Shown here: piece after piece, positions 55,624-64,000 of the stretch
Layout: the number at the start of each line of letters is the position of its first letter
How positions within the stretch are numbered: position 1 is the first letter of the stretch
From: a virus
Strand: one strand, 5' to 3'
DNA length: 64,000 nucleotides
Virus record (IMG/VR): IMGVR_UViG_3300021962_000031
The notes under the pieces: generated by a model
Seen by the model: only the letters and a program-made list of their open reading frames with translations
Told to the model about the DNA's origin: nothing
The model's database searches: none
Made by a program: the position numbers and the translations under genes

Positions 55624-55989
55624 TTAGTCCTTTTGTTCGCCCCGATAGCGACTCCAGCCGTTGTGTGGGCCGTAAGTGCCGGTCTCACGGTCGGGCTGGC
55701 CGTCCTTGTCCAGCTTGCGGATGGGGAACAGACCCGAACCATCCTGGTACTGGCCGAAAGCCAACTTGGCCCGACACTTGGGATTGTTGCATTGCATCTC
55801 AAAATATTCGTATTCTTTTTTGTTTTTTGAGACTTTGCGCACCCGTGGGACGATGCGGTCTTCACCGCATGCCCCGCACTTGTGATCGCCGAAAACTTCG
55901 TGAGCAGCCGACATTTGCCGGAACAACTCCTTCGTGTCGGCGGATTCGATTTCAATCGTGCCGTAAGCGGTCGGGATGTGGGCTTTCAT
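55624..55989 (-). CDS. Zn-ribbon protein
   Basis: CGAC...C.NPKC; adjacent to the SSAP gene. Confidence 0.65.
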   Translation of the reverse strand: MKAHIPTAYGTIEIESADTKELFRQMSAAHEVFGDHKCGACGEDRIVPRVRKVSKNKKEYEYFEMQCNNPKCRAKLAFGQYQDGSGLFPIRKLDKDGQPDRETGTYGPHNGWSRYRGEQKD

Positions 55990-55992
55990 GCA

Positions 55993-56850
55993 TTACTCCG
56001 TGGACTTGTTAGTGTTCTTCTTCCAGTCAGGATCGTACCCTTTGAACTTGGGATCGATCTTGCTCCTATCCCTCTGAAGCTCGTTCAGATGCGCGATGAT
56101 GAGCGTTGCGCTCTTGTGGGGGATGTTCTCCAGCTTGCCGTCCCAACGGAAGCTTCGTGACGATGACAGATAGGCATCGATATTGATGTCGTTGCGCTGG
56201 CAAAGCGTCTGAATGAAGCTGTGCTGCATTTCGGTTGACTTGCCGTTGTTGGACAAATCATGATCCTGGAACAGGTTGGATGGCTCCTCAGCCGTGATCA
56301 CCCTGCGCAGGCGCAGAGCCTTGCGGAGTGCCCGTCCTTCGGCCCTAGTCTCAGCCATTGCTGTCGCAAAAATAGAAAACTTGCCGTCCGTGTTGCCTGA
56401 ATTGCAATCCGCAGCAGCCGTAAAGGTGACCTCCCTATCGGTGTGGATTGACTCGTAAGTGTACGAAAATTCAGCCACCGCCGTCATGGCGTTTTCCGGA
56501 CTGGGCGCTTGGACAATGCGGACGCTGGAGCTGACCGTCGGTCCAAGAACCAGTTCGGCCACTCGGCGCAGGCCATCGCAAGTCGGGCGCCCTTCGGGCG
56601 ACAGCTCCTCTGGCGACAACTTCGACAAGACATACTCAGTCCAGTCGGGGTCGGTCGGGCAATGCTCCTTGTAAGATTCTGGTTCAAAAGGAGGAATTTC
56701 AGGACTAGGAGTAGCAACATTCACCACGACATCGACTGGGGTAGCTGGGATTTCGTCAACGCTAACCGCCGCATCCAACGATACGGTATCCAGAACACTT
56801 TCCCCATCGAGATCATCAACGGAAACAACAGCCCCACGCTTCTTAGCCAT
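55993..56850 (-). CDS. Rad52/Sak-like single-strand annealing protein
   Basis: DGLRR..., A.A......TF...AD and AMAETRAEGRALRKAL motifs; small C-terminal helical domain; start MAKKR with GAGG RBS. Confidence 0.65.
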   Translation of the reverse strand: MAKKRGAVVSVDDLDGESVLDTVSLDAAVSVDEIPATPVDVVVNVATPSPEIPPFEPESYKEHCPTDPDWTEYVLSKLSPEELSPEGRPTCDGLRRVAELVLGPTVSSSVRIVQAPSPENAMTAVAEFSYTYESIHTDREVTFTAAADCNSGNTDGKFSIFATAMAETRAEGRALRKALRLRRVITAEEPSNLFQDHDLSNNGKSTEMQHSFIQTLCQRNDINIDAYLSSSRSFRWDGKLENIPHKSATLIIAHLNELQRDRSKIDPKFKGYDPDWKKNTNKSTE

Positions 56851-57631
56851 CGGTCGCCACCTCAATTTCGTAATACGATCCCACCCCGGGATCATTGTCC
56901 TTCGCCAATTGTATGATGTTCAACAGCTTCTGTAAAGTATTTTTCATCCGAATTTCGGACGGACTTCCTTTAGTATCTTTGATAATAATCACTAGCAGAT
57001 TACATCCGGTCAAAAGACCGGTCTTTTTGGCGTCTGCCGCAGCCCGTTTCGCATAATAGTCATCCCCCCAGATGGGCCGATAATGGCTGGGGCCGTTAAC
57101 TTCAATCGCAACCCCCTTAAACTTTCCAACCTTACGATTAATTAATATATCGATGTGCTGCCGTTCCAGCTGAACATGAAAGTCTACGGGATAACGAGCT
57201 TGCGTCAGTCCGCGAATCAAATATTTTTCTAGTCTGCTTCCGGTATCGGCGGCTTCCCGAACGGCATCCAAAGCCTTTTTCTGCAAAGATTCTCGCCGAT
57301 CTTCCCCCATTGTTTCCCATTGCTTCTTGGAAATTTCCGAACGGCGTTTGCGTTCCTCCTCGGACATGGTTTCCCATTTCTCTGCCATTCGTTCGCCGAT
57401 TTGGGCCTTGCGCTCCGCAGAAAGCTTCTTGCCCTTGGTGGGGTGTTCCTGACGGCCAGTTTCCAAGGCGAGGACCTGAGCCTCCGACCGACTACGGACA
57501 GGGATACCAAACTTGTTCAAGGCGCGACGCACCCGGTTGGGGTAGGTGCCTAGTTCAGCGGCAATGTCGTGGGTCGAGCGTCCCTTGTTGGCGTACTCTT
57601 CAACGAGATATTCATAGGTCAAACTTGACAT
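56843..57631 (-). CDS. HTH + NUMOD3-like + Vsr/DUF559-type endonuclease (homing-endonuclease-like)
   Basis: S..DIA.ELG...VRR.L..GI; KGKKLS.E.K..I; S.LE..., HID, AIEVNG.SH and D..K motifs. Confidence 0.7.
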   Translation of the reverse strand: MSSLTYEYLVEEYANKGRSTHDIAAELGTYPNRVRRALNKFGIPVRSRSEAQVLALETGRQEHPTKGKKLSAERKAQIGERMAEKWETMSEEERKRRSEISKKQWETMGEDRRESLQKKALDAVREAADTGSRLEKYLIRGLTQARYPVDFHVQLERQHIDILINRKVGKFKGVAIEVNGPSHYRPIWGDDYYAKRAAADAKKTGLLTGCNLLVIIIKDTKGSPSEIRMKNTLQKLLNIIQLAKDNDPGVGSYYEIEVATDG

Positions 57632-58080
57632 AACAACCTCTCAATCTGATCGGGATCAAAATCTTTGATGACTCTTTCGGTGTCAATCGGTCGCCCCCAG
57701 GTGTTTTCCAGAATGCGACGATGATGAAGAGATCGCGCCAACAGGGGGAAAGTCACATAGAACGGTTGCAAATCACGCCAGGCAAACCCCTCATTGCCCA
57801 ACCATTCCAAGTCCCAACAGTAAAACCAAACTTTTCGCCCAGCCGGCGAGTTGCTTACCTTGGCCAAGCTTGACAGACTGGTAACGATGACAGGCGTGTT
57901 CTGCGCATAAGCGTAGGCCGCATCAAATATTGGAAAGTGAGGTTGGGCTGGCGATGCCCCTTTGTCTTCAACAAAAACCGTTATCTCGTGGCCTCGTTTC
58001 GTAAGCTCGTTGCCACAATGAACTATGGCAAGGGAAAGGTGAGATGAAGCCAGGGTCGGGGTCAGAAAGTGGATTTTCAT
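57619..58080 (-). CDS. Glycosyltransferase N-terminal-like small protein
   Basis: MKIHFL.P.L...NEL..RGHEITVF is a GT-B N-terminal pattern; only 153 aa. Confidence 0.45.
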   Translation of the reverse strand: MKIHFLTPTLASSHLSLAIVHCGNELTKRGHEITVFVEDKGASPAQPHFPIFDAAYAYAQNTPVIVTSLSSLAKVSNSPAGRKVWFYCWDLEWLGNEGFAWRDLQPFYVTFPLLARSLHHRRILENTWGRPIDTERVIKDFDPDQIERLLCQV

Positions 58081-58817
58081 GGCCTCAGCACGGCACGGAT
58101 GCCCGCTCCCTGTTGACTGATTTTAAACGGCAGACGCTCAACCCCAGTAATGTTCGCAATAGCATCGTGCCATTCAGACGGAGCCAGGCAAAACAAGGTA
58201 TTTTCGCCACACCAAACACAGCCCCACGCCCCCTGCATCCTGGCGTCGGCGTAAATGCGGATAACTTCGTCTGGTGCTTGGTCGCGATAAAGCTTCCAGG
58301 CCTGTTCAAGAACATCGCCTGATTTTTCCCAATCGCCAGCAGCCATGGTTTTCACCAACATCCCAGCCATAATTGTGTAGCTGGTGGCGTGGCCAGAGTT
58401 CGGGGTTCTAACCCAGTTATTGGAGTTGCCTTCAACGCGCAGAAGAATCCCGTGTTTTTCAAGACCTTCAGCACACGGCAGCGCAAACGGACCATTGATT
58501 CCAATGCTGTCTCGTGCCACAGAAACCAGACCACCTACTCGTGAGCAAATTTCTGTCAAAGATTCCCCTTCCAGCTTGCCCGGATACCATTGCTCGTCTC
58601 TCAAGATTTTGCTTGCCAATTCGCACGCTTCTATCTGGCTCAAATGAGCGTCCGGGAAATCCTGGTAGCACTCGACTCTTTCCTTGTGGCGAACCGCCCA
58701 TACACCAGCCTTAAGATGGACGCGGATAGTATGAATTTCTCCCTCTGAAGAGCCAGATAAATCGGTGCCAACCAGAGTAAAACTATATGGGGCAAACGAC
58801 ACTTTCATTTCTGCCAT
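58077..58817 (-). CDS. GHMP (HddA-like) sugar kinase homologue, degenerate
   Basis: AP....GTDL, GD....G..L...W, Y..A...GA.G and PF.....G motifs; ATP-binding and Gly-rich loops are missing. Confidence 0.55.
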   Translation of the reverse strand: MAEMKVSFAPYSFTLVGTDLSGSSEGEIHTIRVHLKAGVWAVRHKERVECYQDFPDAHLSQIEACELASKILRDEQWYPGKLEGESLTEICSRVGGLVSVARDSIGINGPFALPCAEGLEKHGILLRVEGNSNNWVRTPNSGHATSYTIMAGMLVKTMAAGDWEKSGDVLEQAWKLYRDQAPDEVIRIYADARMQGAWGCVWCGENTLFCLAPSEWHDAIANITGVERLPFKISQQGAGIRAVLRP

Positions 58818-59011
58818 GCTCCGCGACCCATGGTAAAATTCTTCGTGGCCTTTATGTCTTTGTTGCTGAACTCCCAGATTTCGCCGGTCTCGTAAAGAAT
58901 GACGGCGAAGAGTTTTTCGGTCTCGACACCATAGTCGGTGACGAGCCACACCCTCCCACGGCCCTTGGGCGTGTCCACTTCTAGCGATTGCTTGGGTTCA
59001 AGAATAAACAT
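58805..59011 (-). CDS. Small beta-rich phage hypothetical protein (68 aa)
   Basis: V.TPKG.G....DYG.E....GE.W...N......N.TMGR; overlaps both neighbours by a few codons. Confidence 0.6.
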   Translation of the reverse strand: MFILEPKQSLEVDTPKGRGRVWLVTDYGVETEKLFAVILYETGEIWEFSNKDIKATKNFTMGRGAWQK

Positions 59012-59687
59012 CTTCGTAGACGATCCTCGAGTCTCGTTCGCAAAGTCTGGCATAGAGGTCCTTGTCTTCGGACCAACTTTCGCCCGTCCAGAATTGGAAA
59101 CCTTCATGGCGTGCTTTGTAGGTGCTGGCATTCTCATAACCTCCCATGACGTAGTACCAGCGGCAGCCGTTTGACCGGGCAAGCGTGGCCTCGACATATG
59201 TACTAACCGAGCCGAGGGAGAGCTTGGGGTCGGCATAGTCCCAGGCGAACTGAACGCCAACGAAGGAGCGCGGATAGCTAAGGTAGGCAACGAAGGCGAC
59301 CGCCTTGCCATCCACCTTGTAGGTGAGCCAGGAAAACTCTCGGTTGGCCGCCAGTTCCTCAAAAACATGCCCGCTTGCGAACTCGTGGCGAACAAGATAA
59401 CCAGCTACGATCCGCTCGTAAGCATCCTTGTCAGGCTTTTCCGCATGCCAACTGGCGCATTTTAAAGCCCGACGAAAGTTTTTCTCGGCCGTGCGCCCGA
59501 AGCTCATGCGCTCCAGATCGTAACGGACGGAACGAGCAGGGAACCATTTGCCAGCCCACGGCAGAAATCCCATCTCTAGCATCTGATCGTGGGATTCACC
59601 CTCCTGGATGACCCAGCAGGGGGCGTGAATCAGATCGTGCTGGGTGATCTTGCCCCAGCCCTCAATATGATCAAACTCGATCTTCAT
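58998..59687 (-). CDS. ATE1/Bpt-like aminoacyl-tRNA-protein transferase (GNAT fold)
   Basis: L..GF, RSVR.DL, Y..DGK.VA and WDY.DPKLSLG..S...E...AR..G....Y..GY.....YK match the ATE_C signature. Confidence 0.7.
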   Translation of the reverse strand: MKIEFDHIEGWGKITQHDLIHAPCWVIQEGESHDQMLEMGFLPWAGKWFPARSVRYDLERMSFGRTAEKNFRRALKCASWHAEKPDKDAYERIVAGYLVRHEFASGHVFEELAANREFSWLTYKVDGKAVAFVAYLSYPRSFVGVQFAWDYADPKLSLGSVSTYVEATLARSNGCRWYYVMGGYENASTYKARHEGFQFWTGESWSEDKDLYARLCERDSRIVYEDVYS

Positions 59688-60297
59688 CGGGCGGAAAACA
59701 TGGTGCGTCAGTACTACTCAAAACCTCCAAATCGGCATCGACAGCTTTGCCAAGGGCAGGTCGGGCACCATCTAGAACGAACACAGCGGCGTCCACCCAA
59801 GGCCAGTGACGAATATCATCAGGCGCATATTCGCCAGTAATCACGCAAAATGGTTCTTGATCGACTTGGATTTCTGGCGTCTGATGGCGCAACTTCAAGC
59901 AGGCTTGCTTGTAGTCTTCCGGTAGCCAGTAGCTGTAGGGGTCATAATCCAAGATAATTCTTTCTGTCTTGTAAATCTTGGCTTTGCCGAACTCGGCTTT
60001 CTCCAATTCTGCCAAGGCTTCTGCTGTCAACAGGGCGCGATGACTGAGCAGAACCGGGTGTTGCGATTTGGCCAAATGGCACACGGCCAAATAACCAGCT
60101 GTACCTGCGGGACAAATCGCCAGCTTCCAGAAAAACCGGGAACTAAAAGCCTTCAAGATTGGCAGAATTTCTCTTGGCTTGCCTTCCCAAGGCACAATGA
60201 CTTCAGTTTCAGGTGATGGACGATAAGCAGCAATCATGGATAGACACCGGGTCAGAGTGTCGAGATTTTCCGGCTTGTCCAAAACAATGCTCAGCAT
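59671..60297 (-). CDS. GT2-like protein, degenerate
   Basis: LSIV......L.RCL.......EVIV N-terminus; no DxD. Confidence 0.4.
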   Translation of the reverse strand: MLSIVLDKPENLDTLTRCLSMIAAYRPSPETEVIVPWEGKPREILPILKAFSSRFFWKLAICPAGTAGYLAVCHLAKSQHPVLLSHRALLTAEALAELEKAEFGKAKIYKTERIILDYDPYSYWLPEDYKQACLKLRHQTPEIQVDQEPFCVITGEYAPDDIRHWPWVDAAVFVLDGARPALGKAVDADLEVLSSTDAPCFPPDEDRV

Positions 60298-61091
60298 GTC
60301 AGCATGGCCCTCATGAACGCCTGGGCAGAATCGACCGGCGTGTACTGAATAAACAAATCAACCAACTCACCAAAGACTTCTTGTCGTTCAAATTCGCTGC
60401 TAAGAACGAGGTCTTCGACAAGCTTTATGTAAGTTTCAGGAAGGTTGCGAGAAGTCGGAAGGGAATTGTCTCCGGCAACTACAGGGATAGTCCCCACTCG
60501 CAATGTCTCGTAAATTTTACGAACATCACTCGCCTCATCGGCAGACATGGCATGTACATAGGTCGAGGCCAAGGCACGCGCTCTTTCCTCGGTTGTCAGA
60601 GAGCCAGCGTAGTATGGAACAGGCCACGGCTTGTCGGCGTAGATACGGGCCACAAAACTCTCATTCTCAAACAGAGGGATAAAAAAAGCATCGTAGCCCG
60701 GACGGTATTGATCCAGAAAAATCACATCGGTCGCCAAATCGTTGCAATAAAGCGACTTGCCATCCAAACACATGAAAGGCCAACGGATGACAGGCAGCCC
60801 CTGCTCGTTGTCGTCGGTGGTGAACAGAAATGCCCCTGGCGGCAGCTTGTCCAAGAAAGTGAAACTATCCTGCCACAAGGCCAGTCGGCACTTGCCCTGA
60901 TTGCGAAGCAGGGCGGGTGTGATGGCGGATGTCGGGCCGATAAAAAGGTCGGGTTTCTGTCTGGCAAAGGCCTCGTGGGTGGGCATCTTTGACGGAACCC
61001 ACAGGGCCGCATCATGTCCAAGCTGAACAAAACCGCGTGCCAAGGCGCCTGTCCCCACACCATTGTCATCATTCTCAATGAGAATATTCAT
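60291..61091 (-). CDS. GT-B (CgeB-like) glycosyltransferase homologue
   Basis: L.RGF..LGH, KPDLFI, D..F, KIYE.L..G and C-terminal T......F motifs. Confidence 0.5.
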   Translation of the reverse strand: MNILIENDDNGVGTGALARGFVQLGHDAALWVPSKMPTHEAFARQKPDLFIGPTSAITPALLRNQGKCRLALWQDSFTFLDKLPPGAFLFTTDDNEQGLPVIRWPFMCLDGKSLYCNDLATDVIFLDQYRPGYDAFFIPLFENESFVARIYADKPWPVPYYAGSLTTEERARALASTYVHAMSADEASDVRKIYETLRVGTIPVVAGDNSLPTSRNLPETYIKLVEDLVLSSEFERQEVFGELVDLFIQYTPVDSAQAFMRAMLTC

Positions 61092-61861
61092 GCTGTCACG
61101 CCCTTGCGCCTTAGCTTGGTAACCAAACTTTTAGCTCGTTCAATATCCTGAGTGCTGTCAATTTCTACGAGATTGGTCTTGTCTGGGTAAGCCGGCACAA
61201 TGATGCCATGCGCGTCAATAATTCCGTTAAGAACCTCATAGGCAAACCAACGGGCACTCTGATTGCGCGAAGCAACTCGCCGATACAAGTCAAGTTCCTT
61301 GTCTGCCAGTTGCACGGCCTGACCCCATTTGGGCCAGACCCCATAGCTGAAATGGCAGACTCGTTCTTGGTCGATGTTGCATCCGACTTCGCCAGAACGA
61401 TGATTCTGATTCTCGTCAATAATTGCGGCAGAACCTTCTTCTGGTAGGCATTCAAGAAAATCGGGTCCAAAAACCAAATCTCCACACATCAAAATCACCT
61501 TCTTGGCGTTTGCGTGATTTACGCCAACAAGGAGAGAGCGGGCCACATTGGTATCTTCGTGGGATGAGTTTTCTACCCAGCCAACATCCTTTGGCAAAAC
61601 CTTTATCACCCGATCCTTCTGGTAGCCAACAACCACGATGATTTCAGCTTTTGGCAATGCCTTGCGGGCGAACACAATCTGGCGACTGAGAACGGTCTCG
61701 CCGCCGCCGATTTCGATAAGGGCTTTTGGGCCTCGGGCCTTCATGCGGCGCCCAGCCCCAGCCGCGCTAATTACGACAGCAAGGTCTGGCAATGGCGATC
61801 CCTCATGATTTTTACCTGTTTGGCCATGAACTCGGATGGTGTGCGCCTGCTGAGCTGCCAT
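61088..61861 (-). CDS. Sugar/choline-phosphate nucleotidyltransferase (LicC/MobA-like)
   Basis: AAG.G.RM...PK.L, VVGY, GD.VF and EID...D motifs all intact. Confidence 0.85.
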   Translation of the reverse strand: MAAQQAHTIRVHGQTGKNHEGSPLPDLAVVISAAGAGRRMKARGPKALIEIGGGETVLSRQIVFARKALPKAEIIVVVGYQKDRVIKVLPKDVGWVENSSHEDTNVARSLLVGVNHANAKKVILMCGDLVFGPDFLECLPEEGSAAIIDENQNHRSGEVGCNIDQERVCHFSYGVWPKWGQAVQLADKELDLYRRVASRNQSARWFAYEVLNGIIDAHGIIVPAYPDKTNLVEIDSTQDIERAKSLVTKLRRKGVTA

Positions 61862-62520
61862 GTTCCTTCGTTGACGCTCATCATTGGATCGGGCAGATGT
61901 AGGATGACCCGGTCAGCAGCGATTCGCATCCACAATTCATAATCTTCGGCGGGAGGCAGGGCTTCATCGTACAAGCCGACATTTTCCAGAGCAGATTTGC
62001 GAATCACGCAAGCGGAATGAACCATGTTGTCAAAAAAGAGTTCTCGTTTTACGAACGCCTTTTTGCAATGGCGGAACGAGACGCCATCACGCACCTGGAA
62101 GTAATCGGTATAAACCGCACCGGCCATCTCTCCATACTTTTCCAGTAGGTCTACGCAGGCTTTCAGTCTGCCTGGAAGGAAACGGTCGTCCGCATCCAAA
62201 ATGGCAAAATATTTTGTCTTATCCCAACTGACTTTGATGGCCACATTTCGTGCAGCCGCTGGCCCTTGGGATTGGTGGGCAGAGAAAAGATTAACTTGGA
62301 CATCCTTGATCGTGCCGCGGACAAAAGGTATTTGCAAAATTTCATCGTGGGCGGCGTTTTCCATTGATCCCAAAAGAGTGCGCACGGAGTCATCGGTTGA
62401 GCCATCATCAACAACAACGACCAGTCCTGGCTTTTCTGCTGCGGCTGATTCAACCGCGCCCACCAGAAAATGGCCGTAGTTGTGATTAGCAATCACAACC
62501 GCAACATCCTCAAGCGACAT
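61771..62520 (-). CDS. Family 2 glycosyltransferase
   Basis: VVDDGSTD, G.AAARN, LDADD and EDYELW.R motifs intact. Confidence 0.9.
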   Translation of the reverse strand: MSLEDVAVVIANHNYGHFLVGAVESAAAEKPGLVVVVDDGSTDDSVRTLLGSMENAAHDEILQIPFVRGTIKDVQVNLFSAHQSQGPAAARNVAIKVSWDKTKYFAILDADDRFLPGRLKACVDLLEKYGEMAGAVYTDYFQVRDGVSFRHCKKAFVKRELFFDNMVHSACVIRKSALENVGLYDEALPPAEDYELWMRIAADRVILHLPDPMMSVNEGTWQLSRRTPSEFMAKQVKIMRDRHCQTLLS

Positions 62521-63307
62521 GAGGAAGTTTTCCGTCGATGATCAGGTATTTGGAATTCTGTGCCTGAGCGATTCGCCTCAGCTTTTCGGATATGCTGGCG
62601 ATCTTCTCTTCGGTCCCTTCCCAAACCACTTCGTGGAAGCCTCCGGCCATGTTGAAGGCCATGGTTTGCACAAGCGTGCCATGAATCATGCCGGGGTCCA
62701 CCAACACAACCCGCTGCCCCTGATCGTTGATGAGATGATCAAGATCGGACAGGTAACAGTTTTCCAGTTCCTTGCCAGCCTCGGCAAACAAGATGAAAAC
62801 CGATTTCAGGTTGTTCCCTGCCCCCTCCTGAAGCGAGTCAAGTTCGGTGTATGATTCGTCCATTACAAATCGCAGCGAGTAGGGATAAGACAGGGACAAG
62901 TCGCGCAGGGTGGCCAGAACATCCTTGGGCTTGACCACGGAACGGGGAGTGATAACGAACACAACTTCGTTCGGCTTAAGGCTTTGCTGCTCCAACATTT
63001 CTGCGGTGCGGGCGACATCAGACAATTCGCCACGCTCACAGGAGACGATGGCGGCGACGGCAAGGACTCGTTCCTTTCGCGCCTCGGCTATCGCTTGACC
63101 ATCTTCAAGTTCCTTCATCCAATCCAAAGGACGGAATAGGGGGCAGAACCGATCAATCGTTTTGTAGGACTTTGTCCCGCCGATGTCTTCTAGCTCAATC
63201 TTTCCTTCTGACCGAAAATAGTCCAGCATGTTAGCGCGACAGCCGGTCTGGTCTCCGCTGACATTACGAATGGCGAAACGACATTTTTCACACGAAGTGC
63301 TGATCAT
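62510..63307 (-). CDS. Cys-cluster N-terminus plus degenerate GT2-like domain
   Basis: C..C.FA....QTGC..FC; RT...L..Q...P.EVVFV; FAEAG where DxD is expected. Confidence 0.45.
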   Translation of the reverse strand: MISTSCEKCRFAIRNVSGDQTGCRANMLDYFRSEGKIELEDIGGTKSYKTIDRFCPLFRPLDWMKELEDGQAIAEARKERVLAVAAIVSCERGELSDVARTAEMLEQQSLKPNEVVFVITPRSVVKPKDVLATLRDLSLSYPYSLRFVMDESYTELDSLQEGAGNNLKSVFILFAEAGKELENCYLSDLDHLINDQGQRVVLVDPGMIHGTLVQTMAFNMAGGFHEVVWEGTEEKIASISEKLRRIAQAQNSKYLIIDGKLPHVA

Positions 63308-63756
63308 TGACGGATGGCCTCCACATAGCTGGTGAAATCGCTGACATAGGAACGGACGGGGGTCATGCCCAGGCTACTGAGCATGGTGCGAAGCTGGGGC
63401 AGAGTTCCTGCGCTGGTGCGCCTTTGTCCGCCGCCACCGCCGTAAATGAGTTGTATAAAATCAGAAATGTCGCCCAGAGTGACTTTCCGACAAACCTCAA
63501 CAATCTCGCGAGTGCCGACAACCATCACGCCGCCTCTCGCTAGTCTGGAGACCCAGTGGGTCAACAGCTTGGTGCGGAACTCAAAAGGGTAATAATCCAA
63601 GACATCGGTCGCTTGGATTTCCAGGGCCTCGCCCTCTTCGGCAAGCTGACTAAGATCGGCAGGATTGCCGGGTGATTCTTGACTGGCTGGATCGACCTCG
63701 ATAAAGCCGGGTAGGCCGAGCTTTTGGCCTCCCACAGTCATGCGGATTTTGACCAT
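63304..63756 (-). CDS. Class I methyltransferase-like protein
   Basis: GF..VD, EI.A.DVLDY and W...L..GG motifs; start MVKIR with GGAGG. Confidence 0.55.
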   Translation of the reverse strand: MVKIRMTVGGQKLGLPGFIEVDPASQESPGNPADLSQLAEEGEALEIQATDVLDYYPFEFRTKLLTHWVSRLARGGVMVVGTREIVEVCRKVTLGDISDFIQLIYGGGGGQRRTSAGTLPQLRTMLSSLGMTPVRSYVSDFTSYVEAIRQ

Positions 63757-63998
63757 TGCTTCCTCCACCACGGTGCGCGGGCGGCAACTTGCAATGCCTG
63801 TCCCCACTCCCGAACAAAACGCTCCAAACCAAACCGCTGACGGGCCTTTTCCGCAGCAGCTCTACCGATTACCTCGCAGTAGGCGGGATTGCCCAAAAGC
63901 CTTTTGACAATAGCGTTCATTTCCTCGGGAGTGTCCACAAGGAAACCGGTCACGCCATGTTCAATGGCTTCGGTCACCGCCCCAGCCCGGTAGGAAAC
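63738..63998 (-). CDS. GT4 glycosyltransferase, C-terminal part (truncated by window edge)
   Basis: VS...GAV.E.I.HG.TGFLV...L........G.AA......RF...RF...W; the frame is open to the window edge. Confidence 0.8.
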   Translation of the reverse strand, partial: VSYRAGAVTEAIEHGVTGFLVDTPEEMNAIVKRLLGNPAYCEVIGRAAAEKARQRFGLERFVREWGQALQVAARAPWWRKQWSKSA

Positions 63999-64000
63999 AA

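Noticed and set aside
60213-60992. 259-aa + strand ORF
   Set aside because: Antisense to a coherent - strand operon; no recognisable motifs.
1-64000. Stop-codon reassignment
   Set aside because: TAA, TAG and TGA all end tightly packed genes, and coding density is already high with the standard code.
1-64000. CRISPR array, tRNA or rRNA genes
   Set aside because: Intergenic gaps are under about 100 nt, and none shows repeat-spacer or cloverleaf structure by eye.

Overview
All 64 kb reads as one segment of a large tailed dsDNA phage (Caudoviricetes) using the standard genetic code. No sheath gene is visible, so it is probably a long-tailed siphovirus. The + strand (1-53.1 kb) is the virion operon in this order: portal (5'-truncated), prohead protease/scaffold, decoration protein, major capsid protein, a ~19.6 kb array of mosaic fibre and LamG-lectin genes lying between capsid and neck genes, neck/tail-completion genes, tail tube, chaperone-like genes, a 3868-aa tape measure protein, and tail-tip and Cys/aromatic-rich genes. 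From 53.1 kb on there is a 2OG-oxygenase-like gene, a glycosyltransferase with polypeptide-GalNAc-transferase-like motifs, an SSAP/endonuclease pair, and a - strand sugar-modification cluster containing an ATE1/Bpt-like aminoacyl transferase and several enzymes with eroded catalytic motifs. Main hypotheses: (i) a phage mucin-type O-glycosylation system acting on Thr/Pro-rich virion proteins; (ii) a tape measure polyprotein with repeated AxGG modules bracketing cargo, including a zincin; (iii) a phage tRNA-dependent aminoacyl transferase; (iv) a CGGTGTA late-promoter motif, one copy of which sits in an RBS-occluding hairpin. All family calls come from reading motifs by eye; no database search was run.
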